The notes beneath the pieces are model-generated. The model was not told the origin of the DNA, made no database searches, and saw only the letters and a program-made list of their open reading frames with translations. The position numbers and the translations under genes are program-made. A stretch of 64,000 bases of DNA from the NCBI GenBank assembly GCA_963733055.1, contig CAVTBR010000002.1:471071-535070 (forward strand). The letters are read 5' to 3'. Every line of letters begins with the position of its first letter. Position 1 is the stretch's first letter. Positions 57,688 through 64,000 of the stretch are shown here, piece after piece. This stretch comes from Candidatus Bathyarchaeota archaeon (GTDB lineage Archaea > Thermoproteota > Bathyarchaeia > 40CM-2-53-6).

Positions 57688-57720
57688 ACCGTCGTTCGTC
57701 GTTTGAAAAGTGTGTGTGCA
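57686..57720. repeat. Family-1 element, copy 11 (half site overlapping the TGA stop)
   Basis: TGAACCGTCGTTCGTCGTTTGAAAAGTGTGTGTGCA. Confidence 0.75.
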
Positions 57721-57730
57721 TTCGGCAGGA

Positions 57731-57949
57731 TTACTTGCGTTTCCTTGACTTCGGAATCTTTCCTTTCAACCGTACTCCCGTGCCATGAAGCTCCATGTAA
57801 CGGCAACTGACACATTCATAGACGTGGATAGGAACGTAGACAGTGGTAAAGAGCGGACCTTGCATACTTACTGTCCGCAATCCGTGAAAGTACCTTAGCT
57901 CTTACATTCTTCCTCTACACTTTGGACAAGTAAGTCTAGGCATCGGCAT
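57731..57949 (-). pseudogene. Small Zn-ribbon protein with an in-frame TAA at codon 16
   Basis: MPMPRLTCPKCRGRM*ELRYFHGLRTVSMQGPLFTTVYVPIHVYECVSCRYMELHG..KSRKRK; the CxxC pair spans the stop. Confidence 0.65.
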
Positions 57950-58060
57950 TCACTCGCTTACAACTTTCGAGTTGTACATACAGCGTTTACGTCGTCAAAG
58001 AGGCGGGGTTCTTCCAGCGACTAGTCAGATCTGTTCTAGAGAGTGGGCAGTGGTTCTGTC

Positions 58061-58423
58061 CTATAGTAGAGCGGTCCACTTCTCTGGTCTCTCTATGACC
58101 TTGACTTCGCTGACCGTTCGCATCATCCTTGACTTTTGAGGCCTTGTCTGGTCGATCATGTCCCAAGTCTGGCGAGTCCATTGCGCTAAAACCTCGCAGT
58201 CACGCATCTTGTCTAAGGCGGCCCAGTCGGGCGCAGCCCACCAATCCTCAGCATCATAGTCGCCAAAGCTTTGAATCGTGGTGTAGGTGTTGAGGTACTT
58301 GATGCCAGTTTGCTTCTCTATTTGAGAAGCCAATAGTTTTGCCTCGTCTGACTTCAACCATTTCACGTACTCTGCAACTTTCCCTGGTTTTCCATAATAG
58401 CTCCATACCCAATATATCGACAA
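58061..58423 (-). CDS. Hypothetical protein (dimeric alpha-beta barrel/NIPSNAP-like)
   Basis: KPGKVAEYVKW and WWAAPDWAALD segments. Confidence 0.65.
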   Translation of the reverse strand: MSIYWVWSYYGKPGKVAEYVKWLKSDEAKLLASQIEKQTGIKYLNTYTTIQSFGDYDAEDWWAAPDWAALDKMRDCEVLAQWTRQTWDMIDQTRPQKSRMMRTVSEVKVIERPEKWTALL

Positions 58424-58576
58424 ATTTCTCTCTCCGATCTCCTGTAACCTGTGTATCTACTCCGGTTTAGAGTCTTGTTTTCGTGAGGTTTAGGTGGTTC
58501 CTGGCCTAGCGGGTGATAGGTTACGGTCACGATCGCTTATTGAATGAGTGGCGCTGAATTACTGGTAGTGTGGCCT

Positions 58577-58687
58577 GTGAGTGCACAAAGACAAGCCAAA
58601 GTCTACAGACGCAAAAGCTACCGAAGACGAAAGAAAACTCGGTCTTTAGAAGAAGAAGAGGAAAAGCAGCGTAAAGAGAGAGGATAA
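58577..58687 (+). CDS. Basic microprotein (36 aa, missing from the ORF track)
   Basis: GTG start; MSAQRQAKVYRRKSYRRRKKTRSLEEEEEKQRKERG. Confidence 0.45.
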   Translation: MSAQRQAKVYRRKSYRRRKKTRSLEEEEEKQRKERG

Positions 58688-58724
58688 AGAGTAAAGACTA
58701 GAGTCGAATGAATCGCGTCCGAAA

Positions 58725-58862
58725 CTATGACCTATGTGACTGAATAGGCTCAATCTTGACTTTCCGTTTTCGCTCCCTTTCGGCCATGCGTGTCCGCTTA
58801 TCTCTTCGTGCATGTCTTCTTCGTGAGCGCTTTCTTCTTTGTCGACCACTACGTCTGGGCAA
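58725..58862 (-). CDS. Arg-rich protamine-like microprotein (45 aa, missing from the ORF track)
   Basis: TTG start after a GAGGAG SD; MPRRSGRQRRKRSRRRHARRDKRTRMAERERKRKVKIEPIQSHRS. Confidence 0.6.
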   Translation of the reverse strand: MPRRSGRQRRKRSRRRHARRDKRTRMAERERKRKVKIEPIQSHRS

Positions 58863-58981
58863 TTGCGCTCCTCTGATGTTTTCTCATAGAAGCGGAGGTT
58901 TAAGCACGATGGTGACCTTCGAGATATGGTAGAAGCTCGCCACTCGTCGTGCGCGGTCGTCATTTGAATCAGGCGGTTTTC

Positions 58982-59037
58982 TGTGTCTGTGCGCACCAGC
59001 AGGCCCACACACACTTTACGACGGACGACGACGGTTC
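58982..59037 (+). repeat. Family-1 element, copy 12
   Basis: TGTGTCTGTGCGCACCAGCAGGCCCACACACACTTTACGACGGACGACGACGGTTC. Confidence 0.85.
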
Positions 59038-59149
59038 GAAATACGACGCTCGCGTCCTCGACGGGAATCACGGGAAGTTAAGACCAGAAACGGAAAGACT
59101 CTCAAACTCAGCTAATAGATCGGAACGTATGTTTTGGAATGCTCGAACG

Positions 59150-59299
59150 TCAAGAAATTAGGCGTTTGAACCACTTCCTATAGTTGACGAACTCGAAGCC
59201 GCCGCCTTTCTTTCCTCGTTTTCTTCTTCTTCCTCTTCTTGCTTTGTCTCCTGTTCTTCTCGGCTTCTTCGTCTTCGTTTTCTTCTTTTTCGTGGCCAG
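59150..59299 (-). CDS. Lys/Arg-rich microprotein (49 aa, missing from the ORF track)
   Basis: CTG start after a GGGAGG SD; MATKKKKTKTKKPRRTGDKARRGRRRKRGKKGGGFEFVNYRKWFKRLIS. Confidence 0.6.
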   Translation of the reverse strand: MATKKKKTKTKKPRRTGDKARRGRRRKRGKKGGGFEFVNYRKWFKRLIS

Positions 59300-59477
59300 A
59301 AAACTCGCCTCCCGACTAGCTACTATCTTAGCGTCCGATTTCTACTTATTTGGCGTGCATTTAGAGGCCTCTTTCCATTCACCTTTAGGTTGCATGGTCA
59401 ACAAAACCAGTGGGGTTCTGAATATCCTTCCGCGCGCAGACCATGCCAGTTGGGGCAGTAGTATGCCGGCCGAATTT

Positions 59478-59535
59478 GAATCGGCGTCATTCGTCGTCTG
59501 AAGTGTGTGTGCGCACACCAATAGACCCACACACA
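59478..59535 (+). repeat. Family-1 element, copy 13
   Basis: GAATCGGCGTCATTCGTCGTCTGAAGTGTGTGTGCGCACACCAATAGACCCACACACA. Confidence 0.85.
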
Positions 59536-59742
59536 AGATGAGTGCAGTAGGCAGCTTGACAGATTTACCTAGGAAATTGATAACCCCCCACTGAGAGCAC
59601 TTCAAGACCAAATGGACACGATTGACAAGCAACTCGCTTCTCTTGGTTACAATCACTTCCCTCAATTCGTGAATTCTGTTCGACACTCTAGATAATTGTC
59701 CCTTAGTAAGGCGGAGCCCTGCTGAGGCAATGCATCGATTTG

Positions 59743-60687
59743 TTATGTGTTCTCCTGCTGGTCATGGTAAGTACTCTGAGACCAGAGTATCCATACACCT
59801 AACCCCATGGCGAAAGCCGCTGCCAAAAGAAAAGTAGTGACAGCTTCCCGCAATAGCACAACCGAGAACACCGCTCCAATAAAGGGAGCCGATGAAAAAT
59901 ATGCCCCCGCGCGGGCGCTCCCTAAGTATCGTAAACCTAGGACCCAGAACACGTTGCTAAATCCATAACAGAATATGCCAATTATCAAGCCGGCAAAAAT
60001 CGACTGCATCGTCCAGTTACCGGGAAAAAATAACGACAACAGCAAGCTGGCAGCTCCACCTAAGAAACCTCTAATGCTTACAACCTGAAACGGGTTTCTA
60101 CGGGAAATCTTCCGCAGAAAATTGTTTTCAAATCCCCAACAGAGACATGCTACAACAACTAGGAAAGAAGCTCTGATATCCAATATCGCTCCAAAGCCGT
60201 TCCAAGTAATGAGCGCACTTCCTACAAGGATAGCAAAGGCACCGCTTGCGAACTTTCGATCGACCTGTTCGCGAAAAACAATCCACGCCACTAAAATAGT
60301 GAATACGGTTTCGAAATTCAGAAGTAACGAAGTATTCGAGGCGGGTAGGCTCTGCAGACCAATTAGGAGAAGTAATGGGGCGAGGATCCCGCCGAAGGCC
60401 ACACAGCCTAGCATCCATGGACCATCATCTCTTGTGAGGTGCCCTTCACTGGAAATCATTGTCTTAGGGGTCAATATGCCCAGGAAAGTTGCTCCGAGAC
60501 CAGAACCGAAGTACATTAACCCAGCTAATAGCGGGAATGAAATCATTCCGACCAAGGGTTTTGCTAACGGCGTACTTAGGCTGAAAAAGCCGGCAGCCAA
60601 CAGAACATACCCGACACCTTTTCGAGTCCTTACATCTTTCATCTTCGAATCCTTCGATATCTTTCCGGAAAAGATTAGACCTCTCAT
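59743..60687 (-). CDS. EamA/DMT family transporter
   Basis: About 10 TM helices in two repeats; ASNTSLLLNFETVFT and APFIGAVFSVVLLRE segments. Confidence 0.9.
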   Translation of the reverse strand: MRGLIFSGKISKDSKMKDVRTRKGVGYVLLAAGFFSLSTPLAKPLVGMISFPLLAGLMYFGSGLGATFLGILTPKTMISSEGHLTRDDGPWMLGCVAFGGILAPLLLLIGLQSLPASNTSLLLNFETVFTILVAWIVFREQVDRKFASGAFAILVGSALITWNGFGAILDIRASFLVVVACLCWGFENNFLRKISRRNPFQVVSIRGFLGGAASLLLSLFFPGNWTMQSIFAGLIIGIFCYGFSNVFWVLGLRYLGSARAGAYFSSAPFIGAVFSVVLLREAVTTFLLAAAFAMGLGVWILWSQSTYHDQQENT

Positions 60688-60758
60688 TGTTGACTAAGGT
60701 TGAAGCGTATCTCTGCGATGCATCTTGCTATGATTGATTGCTAGTATCTTTCGGAATC

Positions 60759-61371
60759 TCAGAGGATATTCTTCAGGGCCTGTATGTTGAATGTTGTATT
60801 GGCGCAACCATTCCTGATTAAGGGCACATTTTGACCTGGCAGCCCCGTCTTCTCTAACAGTCCTTCAGCCAGCTTGATCTCTGCGCCGCAAGCGACTCCC
60901 ACAAGTGCCTCATAACGGCCTTTTTGCAGAATCTGCTGGATACATGACCCACCCGGCAGAACATGAACATCGTATCCTCTCTCCTCCCCAGCCAGCGTAG
61001 CTTGGTTTACCAAGCAGTCGGGTGAACAATGAGAGCAGCGATATGATGGAATGTTCGAGTCGAAGACGGCCTTACACCGATTGTCCATATACTTCCTTGA
61101 GCAGTGAGGAAGCAGTAGCACTCGTCTGGAAGTTCTTGCGAATCTTTCCCGGTTCTCGAAATTCTTAGTCTGGATATCTATCAGGTCCTCGAGGAGCATC
61201 AGGGCTTGAGCAAAATCCAATCCTGTGATCTCCTGAACTCTGCATCGTTCAAGAAGGCGCAAAGTTGCCTCGCCAATTCTTCTGTGCAGCTGTCTCTTTT
61301 GGGCAGCCACCGCAATTCCTCTGAAGAACGATTGGGATAGCCGTCAGGTCGAACTTGAATTGGTAAGGCAT
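60759..61371 (-). CDS. DUF116 family protein, apparently frameshifted near 61333
   Basis: LLLPHC, CSHCSPDC, VLPGGS, GVAC and GCANT motifs. ATG 61371 (MPYQFKFDLTAIP) is out of frame with the body (SFFRGIAVAAQKR). Confidence 0.8.
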
Positions 61372-61439
61372 GAGTTCCGTATTACCCCCAGGAGCAATAA
61401 GATCACAGTGTGAGTCTTGGTTTTGGTATTTGACTGGAA

Positions 61440-61486
61440 GTGTGTGTCTAGAGGTGTGCGCACACACACTTTACGAAAGACGGTTC
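61440..61486 (-). repeat. Family-1 element, copy 14
   Basis: Reverse complement GAACCGTCTTTCGTAAAGTGTGTGTGCGCACACCTCTAGACACACAC. Confidence 0.85.
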
Positions 61487-61718
61487 AGACTGAAGGAGGG
61501 TACGATAATTCTGACCGCGACCAATACACGGGATGAGAATAGAATGCTTTTCTTTTATCCCTGATTGACGAGGGGAGCGAGTGACGGTTAGTGCTGAATG
61601 ATCGCCCAAAAAACATATGCAGGTTACTAGGGGCAGCAGGATTTCAGTGCAAGAACTTCGCGGGGGCTCTAACTTACCTACTTCCCCGTTGCCGCAAAGG
61701 CAATGCTTGGTTCTTTGG

Positions 61719-61757
61719 TTACTTTTTCTTCTTTGTTTTCTTCTTCGCTTTAGGCAC
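61719..61757 (-). CDS. Possible 12-aa Lys-rich peptide
   Basis: GTG start, MPKAKKKTKKKK, GTGA upstream; resembles the N-terminus of 59150-59299. Confidence 0.35.
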   Translation of the reverse strand: MPKAKKKTKKKK

Positions 61758-61826
61758 AGAAATCACGCGTAGATCTTCGCCATTACAGGTTTAACACTTC
61801 CGACCGCTACGAAGCGGCCATTTGGC

Positions 61827-64000
61827 CTAGGCTACCGGAATACGTGCTGCGACTCTTTCTCTTCTGAGTCTCTTGGAGAATTTCTGGTACCATGCGTCGT
61901 CTTCGGGGGCTATGCTAGGACCAACTCGTTCCATCGCTTCATCAAAGTCTCGCCTTGAGACCTCTGCGGCATCTACGTCTTCTCGTAAAGCGTTCATGGC
62001 CGCTTCTCTGCAGATTGCTTCAATGTCTGCACCCGAATAGCCTTGTGATCTACTTGCGAGTTCGTCCAATAACACATCTTTAGAGAGAGGCATTGAACCT
62101 GCGTGAATCTTGAAGATCTCCTTGAGCGAGTCGACGTCTGGCGAGGGAACGTAGATCAATCTATCGAATCTTCCCGGCCTCATCACTGCCGGATCTAGCA
62201 TGTCCGGCCGATTAGTGGCTGCGATTACGAGAACGTTCTGCAATGTTTCTATGCCATCAATTTCAGTCAGAAGCTGACTTACCACCCGTTCGCTGGCTCC
62301 AGCATCACCGTATCCCAACCCACGTCTCGGCACTATGGCATCCAATTCATCGAAGAATATTATTGCAGGAGCTGCAGTTCTTCCTCTCCTGAAGACTTCG
62401 CGAATAGCCTTCTCCGACTCTCCAACCCACTTGGAGAATATTTCTGGACCTTTTATTGAAATGAAATTGGCTTCGCTTTCTGTTGCCACCGCTCGTGCCA
62501 GCAGCGTCTTACCGGAACCAGGTGGTCCGTAGAGCAGGATTCCACGCGGCGGATTGATTCCCATTCTCTTGAATACTTCAGGCTTCTTAAGCGGCCATTC
62601 AACAGATTCCATGAGTTCCTGTTTGACTTGCCTCAAACCACCAACCTGATCCCATTTCACTTGTGGGACCTCGACGTAGACTTCGCGCATTGCTGTAGGC
62701 GTGATCTCTCGGTATGCTGACGTGAAGTCCTCCATCTTGACAACCATTCTTTCGAGGATTTCAGGCGCAATACGTTCCTTCTCCAAGTTGATTTCTGGTA
62801 TGTACCGTCGGAGCGCCTTCATTGCTGCTTCTCGACATAGCGAGGCAATATCGGCTCCAGTGTATCCATGCGTCACGTCTGCAAGTCGCTTCAGATCCAT
62901 GTTTTCACCGAGCGGCATATTCCTCGTATGAATCTGGAGTGCTTCATATCTTCCGGCCTTGTCTGGAACTCCGATCTCGATTTCGCGATCGAATCTCCCG
63001 GGTCGACGTAGTGCTGGGTCGATTGCGTTCGGCCGGTTGGTTGCACCGATCACTATTATGTTGCCGCGAGATCCCATGCCATCCATCAAAGACAGGAGCT
63101 GTGCGACGACTCGACGTTCTACCTCGCCCGTGACTTCTTCACGTTTTGGTGCGATCGCATCCATTTCGTCAATGAAGATTATGCTAGGCGATGTCTCCTG
63201 TGCTTTTTGGAATATCTCCCGTAACCTAGCCTCCGATTCCCCATAATACTTTGACATTATCTCCGGTCCAGAGATCACGTAGAAGTTTGCGTCAGACTCG
63301 TTAGCCAAAGCTTTTGCGAGAAGCGTCTTGCCGCAACCTGGAGGCCCATACAGAAATACTCCTCTGGGTGGCTCGATACCAAGTCGCTGGAAAAGTTCCG
63401 AATGTCTGAGAGGCAGTTCCACCATCTCACGAATTCTTTGCATCTCTTCATGCAGACCGCCTATGTCTTCGTATGTTACTATCGAGATCCCTTTCTTCTC
63501 GGGCGTCGGCTCGGTCAATACTTGGACATGGGCTGTCTCCGTAATCTTCACTGGGCCACGCGGGCGTGTTCTCGCAACTATCAACGGAACGGCGCTTCCG
63601 AAGATCGAAAAAAGGGTCATGTCCCCTTCAATAAACGGCATATCCATGAATCGTCTTTTCACGAAACGCCACAAATTCCTCGTCCACACTCAGGCGTACG
63701 TCTGTTGGCGCGAAAACGATCGCTTCGGCTCCTTTCACGTCTGCCTTTCTAACATTGACGTACTCGTTTAGAGCAACACCAGCATTCCTTCGAATAAGGC
63801 CGTCCATCCTTACACTTTCTTGTCCCTGCTCTTCAGCATACGAGGGCCATGCTACAGCTACAGTCATCTTTTTCCCATGAATCTCAACAAAATTCCCCGC
63901 AGTGATCCCGAGCTTCTGCATCGTCTCGTTGTCAATGCGGACTTTGCCGTGCCCAACATCTCGCTGTCTGGCGTCAGCAACTCTCAAAGAGATTTCTCTA
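61827..64000 (-). CDS. cdc48: Cdc48/VAT AAA+ ATPase; start lies outside the window; frameshift near 63669
   Basis: N-domain RDVGHGKVRID..MDGLIRRNAG; two AAA modules (GPPGCGKT, GPPGSGKT, RRPGRFDR). An extra base at TTT-GTG-G-CGT-TTC splits the ORF. Confidence 0.95.

Noticed and set aside
58568-58592. Possible additional family-1 copy (GTGTGGCCTGTGAGTGCACA)
   Set aside because: Weak match with no flanking arms, and it overlaps the start of a micro-ORF.
58646-59071. 141-aa minus-strand ORF
   Set aside because: It reads through repeat copy 12 and is better explained by the two basic micro-ORFs.
59184-59501. Phe-rich membrane-like ORF on the plus strand
   Set aside because: It is the antisense of the Lys-rich micro-ORF, which has the SD, and it runs into a repeat copy.
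60122-60697. 191-aa plus-strand ORF
   Set aside because: Antisense shadow of the EamA transporter.
48091-61486. CRISPR array reading of the family-1 repeats
   Set aside because: Copies are degenerate, in both orientations and mostly separated by whole genes rather than 30-45 nt spacers; no cas genes are in view.
61719-61757. Ribosomal protein eL41 call for the Lys-rich peptide
   Set aside because: Too short and lacks the KWxKKRxRRL pattern.
46760-64000. Integrase, transposase or provirus driving the accessory tract
   Set aside because: No ORF shows tyrosine/serine recombinase, DDE, HUH or viral structural motifs, so any such enzyme must be encoded outside this window.

Overview
Archaeal chromosomal window, probably TACK/Bathyarchaeia-like. 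This is inferred from the LysW pathway, Hjc, Cdc48, three tRNAs with two introns each, and PEF-CTERM-like surface proteins. Bases 1-46 kb are mostly core genes: the argG-lysW-lysX-lysY-lysZ-lysJ-lysK-argH cluster, pgk, rpiA, dinB and trpB2, with scattered surface-protein genes. Two things stand out. (1) A compact eukaryote-like ubiquitin operon at 20.7-26.1 kb (JAMM, Ub ending in GG, E2, Ubl-E1). Its JAMM protease is fused to a transmembrane helix and an extracellular beta-sandwich region, it is bracketed by two Zn-ribbon/B-box proteins, and a CBS-RING-like gene lies nearby. (2) An accessory tract at 46.7-61.5 kb where most intergenic gaps hold a copy of a palindromic element (AACCGTCG..GTGTGTGCGCACCA-N4-ACCCACACAC..CGACGGTT, 14 copies). 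These copies separate unrelated single genes, degenerate KaiC/RAD55 paralogs and unannotated highly basic micro-ORFs, like an integron cassette array with no integrase in view. A second intergenic motif family flanks the IPEYP surface-protein genes. Four small frameshifts could be sequencing errors. All calls come from reading motifs by eye; no searches were run.
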